DNA of 64,000 nucleotides from assembly GCA_963752285.1 (NCBI GenBank), contig CAVVXN010000005.1, positions 416,001 to 480,000 of the forward strand. Reading direction: 5' to 3'. Under the pieces are notes generated by a model, which saw only the letters and a program-made list of their open reading frames with translations, did not search any database and was not told where the DNA came from. This document shows, in pieces, positions 7,863-17,921 of this stretch. The position numbers and the translations under genes are program-made. Origin of the DNA: an uncultured Planctomycetota bacterium (GTDB lineage Bacteria; Planctomycetota; PLA2; JAEUHO01). The first letter of the stretch is position 1. Every line of letters starts with the position of its first letter.

Positions 7863-10616
7863 TCACCGCGGTCCGCGCGTCCGCCGACGCGCCCGCGTCC
7901 CCCCGGTCGGCTCCCCCGGGGGCGCGGTCGCGGCGTCGCCGGGCGCGCGTTCGATCGCCTCGGCGCCCGCGGGCGGGCCCTGGTAGAGGAGGCGTCCGCC
8001 CGCGTCGCCGGCGCCGGGGCCGAGCACCACGAGGTGGTCGGCCTCGGCGACGAGACGCGGATGGTGCTCGACCGCCACGACCGCGTTCCCCGCGGCGGCG
8101 AGGCGCAGCAGAACCGTGGCGAGGTGTCGCACGTCGTCGGGGTGGAGGCCCAGCGTCGGCTCGTCGAGCGCGTAGAGGGTCGGCGTCTCCCCACCGCGCC
8201 CGAGCGCCGCCGCGAGGGAGAGTCGCAGCGCCTCTCCGCCCGAGAGACGACTCGTCGGCTCGCCGAGCGGGACGTACCCCAGGCCGACGTCGGTCGCGGC
8301 GGCGAGCGGTCCCGCCACCGCGGGCAGGTCGCGGAAGACCTTGGCGGCCTCCTCGAGCGACAGCGCCTCGGCGTCGGAGATCGACAGGCCCTTCACGCGG
8401 ACGCGCCGCGTGTCGCTCGCGAAGCCGGTGCCGTCGCAGACGTCGCACGGCACCGACGACGCCGCCAGATCGCGGAGCGCGACGCGGCGTTCGCCGATGC
8501 CCCGGCACGCCTCGCAGCGCCCGCCTTTCACGTGCCGGCTGAAGCGGGAGGGCCTCCAGCCGCGTGCCCGCGCGTCGAGGGTCGCGGCGAAGAGCCGCTG
8601 CAGCGGTCCGAGCACGCCGAGCACGCTGCCCGGGCTCGCGCGGGGGTGGCGCGAGGCGGTGCCCCGCGCGACGCGCACCCGGCCGACCGCAGACGCCCCC
8701 TCGACGGCCGTGACCCGGTCGGCCCGGAGCGGCCGCCGGACGAGCGTCGCCTCGACCGCCGGCGCGAGCACCTCGAGGAGCAGCGTGGTCTTGCCGGCCC
8801 CGCTCGGCCCCGTGATCACGGTGAGACCGGCGAGCGGGATCTCGACGTCGAGGCCCGAGAGGTTGTGGCCCCGCGCGCCCCGCACCCGGATCACGGCGGC
8901 ATGGCGCCGCCGCCGGGTCCGCGGACGCGGGGCGGGCGCGAGGAGCGCCTTGGCGAGCGGTGCGCGCCCTGCCGCCACCACCTTCGCCGCGGGGCCGGAC
9001 GCGACGACCGCGCCGCCCCGCGGCCCGGCGCCGGGTCCCATCTCGACCACGTGGTCCGCGTGGCGGAGCGCGACGGGGTCGTGCTCGACCGAGACGACCG
9101 TGTTCCCCTCGCGGACGAGGTCGGCCAGGCGGCGCCAGAGCCGCTCGCGTTCCGAGGGCGCGAGCCCCGCGGTGGGCTCGTCGAGGAGGAAGAGCAGCCC
9201 GCTCATCCGCGCCGCGCACGCCGCGGCGAGGCGCGCGCGGCGAAGCTCGCCGCTCGAGAGGGACGCCGCGGCGCGCGCGGGCGCGAGGTACGCGAGCCCG
9301 ACCTCGTTCAGGAACGCGAGTCGCGCCGCGGCGTCCTCCTTCGCGGCGCGGGCGAGGAGCCCCGCTGCGCCCTCGAGCGCCAACGCGTCGAGGAACGCCG
9401 CGAGGTCGCGAACGGCCATCGCCTCCGCCTCCGGAAGCGTCGTGCCCGCGAGGCGCGCCGAACGTGCGAAGGGGGAGAGGCGTGTCCCTTCGCACTCGGG
9501 ACACGTGACGTCCTTCGCGTACCGCGCCCACCGTCCGGCGCGCGCGAGATGTGCGAGCAGCCCCGGCGTGCTCGGCGTCCCCTCGAGCCAGCGCGTTCGG
9601 GTCGCCTCGGAGAGGTCGAGCACCCGCGCCCGCTCGTCCGGCGCCTCGCGGCGGACCCAGCGCGCGACGTCCCGTGCGAGGGCGGCGCGCCCCGCCTGGT
9701 CGAGGGCCCGCGCGAGCCACGCCGGGAGACGGGCGAGGCGCAGCCGCCGCGGGAGGACACGTTCGGGGTCGAGCGCAGGAACGGCACCACGGCCCTCGCA
9801 GGAGGGACAGGCGCCCTCCGGGCTCTCGAACGAGAGGGTCCGGGTCGAGAGGCGAGGCCAGGTCCGGTCGCACGCGCCGCAGAACGGGCGGTCGGCGAAC
9901 GTCGTCTCGCCGCCGCTCGTCGCGTCGAGCACGCGAAGGACGCCGCCCCCGAGGTCGAGGGCCTGGTCCACGGACGCCTGGAAGCGCTCGTCCGCGCCCT
10001 CCTTCGCGACGAGCCGGTCCACGACGACCTCGACGCGGGCGTCCGCAGGGACGCCGGCGGGGTCCACGTCCTCGGTGCGCGCGATCTCGCCGCCCGAGAC
10101 GCGCACCCGCACGAAGCCCTCGCGCCCGGCGTCCGCGAGGGCGGCGGGCCCCCGACCGCGCGACGCGAGCAGGACGAACCGCGTGCCGGGAGGCCGCTCG
10201 AGCAGACGCGCCGCGACGGCGAGCCGATCCAGCGCCACGAGGCCCGCGCCGCAGCGAGGACAGTGGGGGGTGGCCATCCGCGCGAAGAGGGCGCGGAGCG
10301 CGTACGTCACCTCCGTCACGGTCCCGAGCGTCTCGCGCGGGCCCGGCGCGCGCGCGGTGAAGCCGGCGGCGACCGCGGGCGGAAGCCCTTCGATCGCGTC
10401 CACGTCGGGCCGCGGGAGCTCGAGGTCGCCCCCGCGCCGCGAGGTGGCGAGGAACCGCCGCCGGGACTCCGCGCCGAGCGTGTCGAGCACCAGGGACGAC
10501 TTCCCGGACCCCGAGACGCCGCCCACGACGGTCCATGCACCGCGCGGGAGGTCGAGGTCCAGGTCCCTCAGGTTGTGCGTGCGAGCCCCGCGTACGCGAA
10601 TCGTGCCGTCGGACAT
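7863..10616 (-). CDS. uvrA: Excinuclease ABC subunit A-like (UvrA family, divergent)
   Basis: IRVRGARTHNL, two Walker A motifs (GVSGSGKSS, GPSGAGKTT), two signature/Walker B sets (LSSGE..LDEPT, LSGGE..LDEPTLGLH) and six CxxC motifs; start at ATG 10616. Confidence 0.88.
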   Translation of the reverse strand: MSDGTIRVRGARTHNLRDLDLDLPRGAWTVVGGVSGSGKSSLVLDTLGAESRRRFLATSRRGGDLELPRPDVDAIEGLPPAVAAGFTARAPGPRETLGTVTEVTYALRALFARMATPHCPRCGAGLVALDRLAVAARLLERPPGTRFVLLASRGRGPAALADAGREGFVRVRVSGGEIARTEDVDPAGVPADARVEVVVDRLVAKEGADERFQASVDQALDLGGGVLRVLDATSGGETTFADRPFCGACDRTWPRLSTRTLSFESPEGACPSCEGRGAVPALDPERVLPRRLRLARLPAWLARALDQAGRAALARDVARWVRREAPDERARVLDLSEATRTRWLEGTPSTPGLLAHLARAGRWARYAKDVTCPECEGTRLSPFARSARLAGTTLPEAEAMAVRDLAAFLDALALEGAAGLLARAAKEDAAARLAFLNEVGLAYLAPARAAASLSSGELRRARLAAACAARMSGLLFLLDEPTAGLAPSERERLWRRLADLVREGNTVVSVEHDPVALRHADHVVEMGPGAGPRGGAVVASGPAAKVVAAGRAPLAKALLAPAPRPRTRRRRHAAVIRVRGARGHNLSGLDVEIPLAGLTVITGPSGAGKTTLLLEVLAPAVEATLVRRPLRADRVTAVEGASAVGRVRVARGTASRHPRASPGSVLGVLGPLQRLFAATLDARARGWRPSRFSRHVKGGRCEACRGIGERRVALRDLAASSVPCDVCDGTGFASDTRRVRVKGLSISDAEALSLEEAAKVFRDLPAVAGPLAAATDVGLGYVPLGEPTSRLSGGEALRLSLAAALGRGGETPTLYALDEPTLGLHPDDVRHLATVLLRLAAAGNAVVAVEHHPRLVAEADHLVVLGPGAGDAGGRLLYQGPPAGAEAIERAPGDAATAPPGEPTGGTRARRRTRGPR

Positions 10617-11017
10617 CCGCGTCCATCGTACGGCCCGATCCGCGCCGCGTACCCCGTACCCCGGACCGGACGCGGGATCCCGCGCGTCTGGCTCGTGGTG
10701 GCGCCCGCATCCCGATGCGCCCCCGCGAGGAGAGCGAACGGCTGTGCCGGGACGGCGCGGGTCCAAAAGTCGTCTCGTGACGCGGGAGCGGGAGTCGCCG
10801 TCGTCCGCGAAGGACGAGCGTGGCGCGGGCGGGTCGCGGGACGGACGAAGACCGCCGACGTGCGAAGGACTCGGGTCTCTACCGGGCGTACGCAAGACCG
10901 GTGAAGCCCGAGGTGCTGGAGGAAATCCTCGGTTCGCTCGCCGGCAGATGACGCGCGGGCTCCGTCGGCGGAGCGGGCGCCACGGGGCCACGCGGGGGCC
11001 GCGGGTATGCTGCCGGC

Positions 11018-11707
11018 GTGAGCCCGACCGAGGAGTCCCCCGCGTTCGTCGAACCGAAGCGGGTTCGCGTGTGCAGCCTCTCGGGCATGCTCGGATCGGC
11101 GCTGGTCCTCGTCGCGTTCTTCTCGCCGTGGGTGCGGATCGACCCCGACGTGGCGAAGCGCTTCGACGCGGCGATCGAGTCGTCGCTCGAGGGACCGGGC
11201 CCGAGCCGCGCGGCGGCCGGCGACTGGCGCCGCCTCGGCCGGATCGTCTCCGAGCAGGGGGAGGTCTCGGGTCTGGACGTGTTCTTCTGGGCGCGGACGG
11301 CCACGCGCACGGCCGCGTCGGAGAACACGGCGAGCGGCTCCACGATCCGCGCGGTGCGGGTGGCCGCGGTGCTCCTCGCGGCGCTGCCGGTCCTCGCGCT
11401 CCTCTTGTTCTTCTACTTCCTGCAGGTGCGGTGTCGGCGCGCGCGCAGCCCCGCGCTGATCCTCTCGACCCTGGTGGGGGCGGCCGCCATCGCGACCGCC
11501 GCCCTCTACGACGTCACGCGCGGCATCCTGGAGGCGGAGACCACCCGCGGCGGCGGGATGTCACTCCTCCTGGCGGGCGGCGCGCTCCTCTTCCTCGCCG
11601 GGACGTTCGGCGTGAAGGCCGTGAACTGGTGGCGGGTGCTCGGCGGCTCCATTGCCGTGGGCACGTTCGTGGTGATCGGGATCCTGTCGTACGTCCGGGG
11701 CGTCTGA
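11018..11707 (+). CDS. Hypothetical multi-pass membrane protein
   Basis: About five hydrophobic segments; AFFSPW motif after the first helix. Confidence 0.7.
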   Translation: MSPTEESPAFVEPKRVRVCSLSGMLGSALVLVAFFSPWVRIDPDVAKRFDAAIESSLEGPGPSRAAAGDWRRLGRIVSEQGEVSGLDVFFWARTATRTAASENTASGSTIRAVRVAAVLLAALPVLALLLFFYFLQVRCRRARSPALILSTLVGAAAIATAALYDVTRGILEAETTRGGGMSLLLAGGALLFLAGTFGVKAVNWWRVLGGSIAVGTFVVIGILSYVRGV

Positions 11708-11788
11708 GGGCCCCGCCGCCCTTCCGCCCCGACGCACGGGGTGCGACGCCGGGTTGCGCCCCGCGCCCCGGGCGTCGAAGATTCCCCC

Positions 11789-12316
11789 GTGGACCGCATG
11801 ATCTCCGTCTTCGGTGCCGGGAACCCTCCCCGTGACGACTACAACCTCGCGGCGGAGATCGGGCGTCTGCTCGCCCTGCGCGGGATCACCGTGGTCACGG
11901 GCGGGCTCTACGGCGTGATGGAGGCCGCGTCGATGGGGGCCAAGGAGGCCGGCGGGAGGACGGTGGGGATCCTCCGCACGTACAACCGCTTCGACGCGAA
12001 CCCCTACGTGGACGTCGTGATACCCACGGGTCTCGGTGACGGGCGAAACGTCCTCGTGGCGACCGCGGGCGAGGCGGCGATCGCCATCGGCGGACAGCTC
12101 GGGACGCTCTCCGAGATCTCGATCGCCCTGAAGCACCAGATCCCGGTCGTGGGGGTTCGCTCCTGGCGGCTCGACCGCGACGCGCTCTTCGACCGCTACC
12201 TTCCCGAGGCGAAGACGGCCGAGGAGGCGGTCGAGATGGCCGTTCGCATGGCCGACGAACGGGTCCGGGTGCGGATCGGCGCCGCGCCGGCCGACGAAGA
12301 CGACGTCTCGGACTGA
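11789..12316 (+). CDS. LOG-like / TIGR00725 family Rossmann-fold nucleotide-binding protein
   Basis: ISVFGA, VTGGLYGVMEAA, GRNVLV and GGQLGTLSEISIAL motifs. Confidence 0.88.
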   Translation: MDRMISVFGAGNPPRDDYNLAAEIGRLLALRGITVVTGGLYGVMEAASMGAKEAGGRTVGILRTYNRFDANPYVDVVIPTGLGDGRNVLVATAGEAAIAIGGQLGTLSEISIALKHQIPVVGVRSWRLDRDALFDRYLPEAKTAEEAVEMAVRMADERVRVRIGAAPADEDDVSD

Positions 12317-12323
12317 GGCCGCC

Positions 12324-12914
12324 GTGACCGATCCCAGCCCCTGGCCCACGCCCGAGGAGACCCGACGTCCCGGCGCCGCGCGGGGCCCCGGCGGGTTCGC
12401 GTACCTCGTCGCCTGGCTCTCGTTCCTCCCCGGGCTCGGGGTCGTCTTCGGCGGCATCGGGATCGTGTGGGGCGCGACGCGGAACGCGCTGTCGCTGATC
12501 CTGATCGGCGTCGGCGGCATCGCCTTCAACGTCGCCCTGATCCTGGTCGTGATCTACTTCGGTCTGCTCCAACGCGGGGGCACGTTCGACCGCCTCCGCG
12601 AAGAGCTCGCGGCGCAGATGCTCGTCCAGGTGGTGGACGAGATCGAGGCGTACCACGAGGAGCGCGGGAGGTACCCCCAGCAGATCGCGGACCTCGCACC
12701 GCCAGGCCGGCGGCCGGACCCGACCGTGGACCCGACGTTCATGCAGCGGGGTCTCGCGAGCGACCCGCACTTCTTCTACGAGCTCCTACCCGACGAGGCG
12801 CACTACTTCCTCCGCTCCGTGGGAACCGACGGCGTCCCCTTCACCGCGGACGACATCCTTCCCCCGCTCACGGAAGAACGACGAAGCCACACGGGCCTCC
12901 TCCTCCATCGGTAG
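12324..12914 (+). CDS. Membrane protein with a GspG/pseudopilin-like C-terminal domain
   Basis: N-terminal hydrophobic helices, then IEAYHEERGRYP..L and DP..F.Y...Y.LRSVGTDG..T.DDI typical of the T2SS-G C-terminal domain. Confidence 0.7.
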   Translation: MTDPSPWPTPEETRRPGAARGPGGFAYLVAWLSFLPGLGVVFGGIGIVWGATRNALSLILIGVGGIAFNVALILVVIYFGLLQRGGTFDRLREELAAQMLVQVVDEIEAYHEERGRYPQQIADLAPPGRRPDPTVDPTFMQRGLASDPHFFYELLPDEAHYFLRSVGTDGVPFTADDILPPLTEERRSHTGLLLHR

Positions 12915-13068
12915 TCCGTTCTGCGGGCCGGAGACGATGGAGCGCCGATCCAAAGCGGCGGGACGAGGAGGCAGGCCGCCGACCCTCGTGGGGGGGCGCC
13001 TTCGCTATGGAGAGCTCGGCTCCGTCGAATCCGATCGCGAGGGCGCGGCTCGGCAGGGCCGGCTCTCC

Positions 13069-14373
13069 CTACCGGCCGAGCGGGTCGATGCGGGGCGCGG
13101 ACGGTGAGGGGGACGCGCCGCCGCCCGACGAACGCGGCGTGGCCCCGGGCGAGGGGGTCGGGCGCGGCGTCGTCGGCGCGGAGGAGGGACCCGACGGGAG
13201 GGACGGCCCGCGCGTCCCGCCCCCGGCCGACGTGGACGGCCCGGTGGTGGAGGCGCCCGTCCGACGGTCGTTCACCCGGTCCTCGAACGGCGTCGGTCGG
13301 AGCCGCCGGCCTCCCTCGAAGAGGCCCGGCGTGCCGGGTGTCCCGTCCCCGCCGGGCGGCGTCGGCCGCGTCGCCGACGGCGCGCGCTCGAGGCGCAACG
13401 TGGCCGTAACGGGGTCGGCGCCGATGGCGAGGCCCTCCCACGCGCCGGTGGCGTGAGGCACGCCCGTGACCTCGTAGCGGAGCTCCGTGCCCACGCCGAA
13501 GTTCGGGCGTTCGAGCGGCGTCGTCGCGAGGGCCCGGACGAGGATCCCGACGTCGCGCGAGAGGTCCTTCGTGCGCGCTGCGACGCCGCGGTCGGCCACG
13601 AGCATCGCGTCGATCGCGATGCCCTCGCGGATCGACGGCCAGCGCGCCGCGAAGCGCGCCGGATCGGACTCGACGGTCCCCCAGCAGGGTCCGAGGTCGT
13701 CGGCCACCAGCACGCCCACGACGTGTCGTCGATCGGCGAGACCGCGGAGGTCGGCGTCGTAGCCCGCGTACCGCTCGACGAACCGCGCCGTCGTGTACGC
13801 GGCCGCCATGTCGTCCTTCCGAGAGGAGTCTACGCCGAGCACGGCGTTTCGGCGGCGCACCCGCGCGCCGAGGACGTCGAGGTCCACGAGCGTCTGCTCG
13901 AAGGGTGTGAGACCGCGGCCGCGCGAGAGATAGGGCCCGGAGGGCGGCGGATCGACACCTTGCACGACGGGTACGAACGTGGCCGCGTGCGCGGGGATCC
14001 ACACGGGACGGTCCACCGCGCGGGACGGGCCCGCGGGCGTGAGGAGCGCCTCGCCGGCGGGCGCGAGCACGGGCCGCTCGCCGTGGTTCGCGACCCGCAC
14101 GTGCCAGCGGCCGGCCACGCCCGGCAGGTCCTGGACGTCGAGGTGGGGGCCCGCGAGGTCCGTGCGCGCGTCCCGGTAGGCGGGTCCGGCGGGAGGCACG
14201 TACCCGTCGGCCACGACCAGCAGGGTCACGGCGGCGCCGCGCACCATGACGGTCGTCCCGACGTGGAGGCTCGCCGCGAGCGTCGCGAAGGGCTGCGCGG
14301 GCGGCGCGGCGCCCGCGGACGACGCGACGCAGAGGGTCGCGAGGACCGCGGCGAGGGTCCTTCCTCTCGTCAC
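13069..14373 (-). CDS. Secreted hypothetical protein, possibly DUF6569/ARPP-1-like, with a Pro/Gly/Thr-rich tail
   Basis: Signal peptide (VTRGRTLAAVLATLCVASSAGA) and V.VANHGERPVL..AGE.L.....R.V...VWIP motif; GTG start at 14373. Confidence 0.6.
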   Translation of the reverse strand: MTRGRTLAAVLATLCVASSAGAAPPAQPFATLAASLHVGTTVMVRGAAVTLLVVADGYVPPAGPAYRDARTDLAGPHLDVQDLPGVAGRWHVRVANHGERPVLAPAGEALLTPAGPSRAVDRPVWIPAHAATFVPVVQGVDPPPSGPYLSRGRGLTPFEQTLVDLDVLGARVRRRNAVLGVDSSRKDDMAAAYTTARFVERYAGYDADLRGLADRRHVVGVLVADDLGPCWGTVESDPARFAARWPSIREGIAIDAMLVADRGVAARTKDLSRDVGILVRALATTPLERPNFGVGTELRYEVTGVPHATGAWEGLAIGADPVTATLRLERAPSATRPTPPGGDGTPGTPGLFEGGRRLRPTPFEDRVNDRRTGASTTGPSTSAGGGTRGPSLPSGPSSAPTTPRPTPSPGATPRSSGGGASPSPSAPRIDPLGR

Positions 14374-14446
14374 TGCTTCCCCGTCGTGCGCGAGGGCCCG
14401 GGTCGCGCCGGCCGGATGGGCGCCGCGGTCACCGCGCCCTCCCATG

Positions 14447-16879
14447 CTACCCGGCGCCGCTCTCCGGATCGCCCGTCTCCTGTGCTCGGTCGGGCCGCGC
14501 CGAGCGGATCGCCTTCTCGACACGCCCCGTCTCGAGCTCGAACTCGGGACCGAGGAGGTCGGGGACCGGGTCGAGGGTCCCGCCCGGCGGCGGCTGGACC
14601 TGGCCCGATATGTAGCGGACCCGGTGCCGGCCGCTCGTCACGACGAGGCCGTCCACCAAGAGGTGGCGCTCGACGCCGTTCGGTCCGGGCACGTCCAGGA
14701 ACCCGCCCACGCGGCTCGGCCGGACGCGCGCGACGGCCTCGCCGTCGCCGCCCAGCGCGAGACGACCGGCGGGGTCCGAAACGAGCGTTCGCGCCCGCCG
14801 CCCCGCCGGCGCGAGGTCCACCCGACCCACGGCCCCCGCCTTGCCCTCGACGGCGTAGAGGAGGGTCCCCTCCAGCGGAGCGGCCCGAAGGTGCGACGCC
14901 GCGATCGCGCCCACCAGGAGCGCGATCCCCGCCAGGCCGATCAGCACGAGGCCGAGCCGACCCCACCGCGCGGGCACGTCCACCCGGACCTCGACCGAAC
15001 GAGGCGTCCCGCCCTCCGACCACGCGATCTCGATCGGCACCGTCTCGGCGCGGCCGGAGAAGATCGCGCCGCGCTCCCCGCGCCAGGGGCCTGCGGCCTC
15101 GATCCGCCAGAGACCGGGCGCGTCGGGCACGAGCACGAGGCGCACCGGCGCCGACGGGCCCACGCGGAGCGCGGGCGGGTGCTCGAGGAGGGCGAGCCGC
15201 CACGTTTCGTCGCCGCCGTCCGAGTCCAGGCGCAGGCGCAGGGGCTCGACCGGGACGACCCGGTCGCCTTCGAGCCGGAAGCCCCCGCCGCCTTCGAGCC
15301 GGAGACGGGGACGGCGGGGCCGAAGCGTCGCACGGCCCTTCGTCTCGAGCACCACGCCCGGTGTCGCGCCCGCCGCGAGCGTCACGGTCGCGGCGAAGGG
15401 GCGCGTCCCCTTCGCGAGTCGTGGCACGACGCGGTGGCGGCCCGGCAGGGGGACGACGATCTCCCGTCCGGGCGCGAAGCGAAGCACCCGGCCGTCGGAG
15501 AGCGTCACCTCGAACGAGAGGCCCGCGGGCGGGGCGGGGTCTACGTCGAGTCGGAGCGCGACCTCAGGCGGCGCGTTCGCGTCGTCGCGCTCGACGTCGA
15601 TGTCGAGCGCGTCGTCGTCTTCCCCCGCGGGCAGCGCGACCTCGCCGCCGGGGGCGTCGAGGCGCGCGTGCCCGTGGCCCGGCAGGACGACGACGTGATA
15701 GGAGAGCTCGATCGCGACGCCGGGCGTGCCGGAATCGAGCACGATCGTGCCCGAACGCTCGATCGGGTGGCCGGGGACCGCGTGCATCCGGATCGTGACC
15801 GGGGTCCGTTCGACGTCGTGCCGCGCCGGGCGCGTCTCGCCGAACGCGACCTCGACCTCCTCGGGCAGCGCGGCGTCGCGTCCGCGCGCGGTCCAGCGCG
15901 CGGGCGCGCCCACGACGACACGCTCGATCGTCCGCTCGACCACGAGGGGTCGGTCGGCCTCCAGGTCGAGCGCTTCGACGGGCGCGACGTCCTCCTTGAC
16001 GAGGCGTGCGTCCGGGCGGAGCTGGTCCCACACGACGCGCGCGGGCTCGGGGAGCGCCGCGGCGACCAGGACGGGCACGTCGTCTGCGACCGAGATCTCG
16101 ACCTGCGCCTTCGCGACCGCGGCCGTGGGGCGTGCGACCGAGGCGACGAGCTCCGCGCCCTCGAGCCGCGTCTTCACGTCGTCCGCTCCGTCCGTAGAGA
16201 CGAGGAGGGGCATCACGTCCGGTTGCACGCCGACGACCGCCGCGTCCACCCTCGCGCGGACACGGGCGCGGTACGGCTCGTCCGGTGCGATCGGCGAGTG
16301 CGGATCGACCTCGACGGCCGGCGGTCCGACGTCGAGGAGGACCCACCCGGAGCCCACGACGCCGGGAAGCGCCCCGACCGCGCGGCGCGCCGCCGTCCCG
16401 AGCGCGAGAGGCCAGATCCGGCTGCCCTCGGGCGCGCGATTCCGCCAGGTCTCGAGCGCCGCGTCGTCTTGTCCGGCGGGCAGGTCCTCGGTGCCCGAGA
16501 ACGGACCGACCAGCGCGAGGTCCACGGGCGTGTCGAAAGTCCGCCTCTCGAGCGCCAGCAGGACGCCCTGTCGCACGTCGGTCGGCCCCGTGAAGTCCCA
16601 GCCCTCCTTCGTGTCGGCCTCGCGGAGCGCGGCCGCCCGGTCCCCGCGCACGACGGCGAACCGAGGCCGTCCTCCCGCCCGCGTCCCGTAGAGGATCAGG
16701 GTGGAGGCCGCGTCGTCGCCCGCGATGCGGAGCGCGACCTCGGAGAGCCGGCTCGCGTCGTCCTTCGCGCCGCGCCCCCGGTCGAGGATCACGATCCGGC
16801 CGCGCGCCTCGCCCGGGGCGGCAAGCGCCGGCGAGAGGAGAGCCGCCAAGAGCGCCAGCGTCACGAGCGTCCGGCTCAT
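14447..16879 (-). CDS. Large exported single-pass membrane protein (degenerate vWA-like N-terminus, possible FHA-like C-terminus)
   Basis: Signal peptide, beta-rich middle, TM helix LGLVLIGLAGIALLVGAIAA and a cytoplasmic beta domain. Confidence 0.7.
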   Translation of the reverse strand: MSRTLVTLALLAALLSPALAAPGEARGRIVILDRGRGAKDDASRLSEVALRIAGDDAASTLILYGTRAGGRPRFAVVRGDRAAALREADTKEGWDFTGPTDVRQGVLLALERRTFDTPVDLALVGPFSGTEDLPAGQDDAALETWRNRAPEGSRIWPLALGTAARRAVGALPGVVGSGWVLLDVGPPAVEVDPHSPIAPDEPYRARVRARVDAAVVGVQPDVMPLLVSTDGADDVKTRLEGAELVASVARPTAAVAKAQVEISVADDVPVLVAAALPEPARVVWDQLRPDARLVKEDVAPVEALDLEADRPLVVERTIERVVVGAPARWTARGRDAALPEEVEVAFGETRPARHDVERTPVTIRMHAVPGHPIERSGTIVLDSGTPGVAIELSYHVVVLPGHGHARLDAPGGEVALPAGEDDDALDIDVERDDANAPPEVALRLDVDPAPPAGLSFEVTLSDGRVLRFAPGREIVVPLPGRHRVVPRLAKGTRPFAATVTLAAGATPGVVLETKGRATLRPRRPRLRLEGGGGFRLEGDRVVPVEPLRLRLDSDGGDETWRLALLEHPPALRVGPSAPVRLVLVPDAPGLWRIEAAGPWRGERGAIFSGRAETVPIEIAWSEGGTPRSVEVRVDVPARWGRLGLVLIGLAGIALLVGAIAASHLRAAPLEGTLLYAVEGKAGAVGRVDLAPAGRRARTLVSDPAGRLALGGDGEAVARVRPSRVGGFLDVPGPNGVERHLLVDGLVVTSGRHRVRYISGQVQPPPGGTLDPVPDLLGPEFELETGRVEKAIRSARPDRAQETGDPESGAG

Positions 16880-16904
16880 GGCGACACCCTACCGCGGCGG
16901 GGCC

Positions 16905-17846
16905 TCAGCGCCCGCAGAGCCGCCGGAAGCCGCACGTCGAGCAACGGGAGCGGTCGTCGGTCAGGGGGAAGTCCTCGCGATCGGCCCGGTTCGTCGCCGG
17001 GTCGGCGAGGCGGGCGCGCATCGCCGCGACGCTCGCGCGGATCTCGCCCCGCGCCTGCTCGAGCTCGACGGGACCGAGCACGAAGTCGTGGACGATCACC
17101 TCGGGGCCGAGGTAGACGAGGCGGTTCTTCACGCGCTCCGGGTCGATCCCGTGGCGGGACTCCATCCACAGCGTGTAGCCCGCGAGCTGGATGCGGTCCT
17201 CGTCGGGTTTCACCGCACCCGTCTTCCAGTCGTAGATCTCCGCGCCGCCGGTCCCGTCGCGGCGGGCGAAGTCGGGGACGGTCCAGATGCCCGTCCCCTC
17301 GAAGTCGAACTGGTCGAGGCGCTCGATCGGGAACCACCCGGCCGGGTCGGTCTCACGGATGTGCGCGAACACCTCGCTCTCGAGGAAGCCTCGGAGCGCG
17401 GTCTTCGCCTTCGCGTTGACCTCGCGCCACTGCGCGTCGTCCACCGGGTCCCGGTACTCGTGCTCCATCAGCCCGAAGCTCTTCTTCGGGTTGTCGCGGT
17501 ACCGGCCGGCGAGGCTCTCCCGGTACTGGGCGCGCATCGACCGGGTCATCCCCTCCACCTCCGCGGCGGGGTCGAGGGGGATCGCGGCGAACGGCAGCCG
17601 ATCCGCGAGCGCTCGCTCCTGGAGCCGCTTCAGGATCCGCTCGATCCTCGCGTGCACGGCGGAGCCGGCCCAGGACCAGCGGTTCGCGAGGTTCTTGAGG
17701 ACGTACGCCTCACGGGCCTCGGGCGGGGCGTTTCGGTCCCAGCCGCCCCACGCGCCGTAGTACTGCCACCAATACGCCCGGAGGCACCGGTCGAACGCCC
17801 CCGCGCGGGACCGCGACCAGGAGAACGCGTTCTCGAGGACCTTCAC
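16905..17846 (-). CDS. PD-(D/E)XK nuclease family protein (RecB/AddB/Cas4-like)
   Basis: SWS..F..C.R.Y, GSAVH, IE...PD..IYDWKTG, QL..Y and C-terminal CxxCxxxxxC (four-Cys Fe-S staple pattern). Confidence 0.88.
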   Translation of the reverse strand: MKVLENAFSWSRSRAGAFDRCLRAYWWQYYGAWGGWDRNAPPEAREAYVLKNLANRWSWAGSAVHARIERILKRLQERALADRLPFAAIPLDPAAEVEGMTRSMRAQYRESLAGRYRDNPKKSFGLMEHEYRDPVDDAQWREVNAKAKTALRGFLESEVFAHIRETDPAGWFPIERLDQFDFEGTGIWTVPDFARRDGTGGAEIYDWKTGAVKPDEDRIQLAGYTLWMESRHGIDPERVKNRLVYLGPEVIVHDFVLGPVELEQARGEIRASVAAMRARLADPATNRADREDFPLTDDRSRCSTCGFRRLCGR

Positions 17847-17921
17847 GGCCGGATCGTAGCAACCGCGGGGCGCGAGACGCCCCGCGGTCTTCGCGACCCG
17901 CGACGTGCCTCGCGACGCGGC

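Noticed and set aside
10617..11017. 400-bp gap between divergent genes as a possible ncRNA or small ORF
   Set aside because: No recognisable RNA motif, RBS-led ORF or repeat; consistent with divergent promoters.
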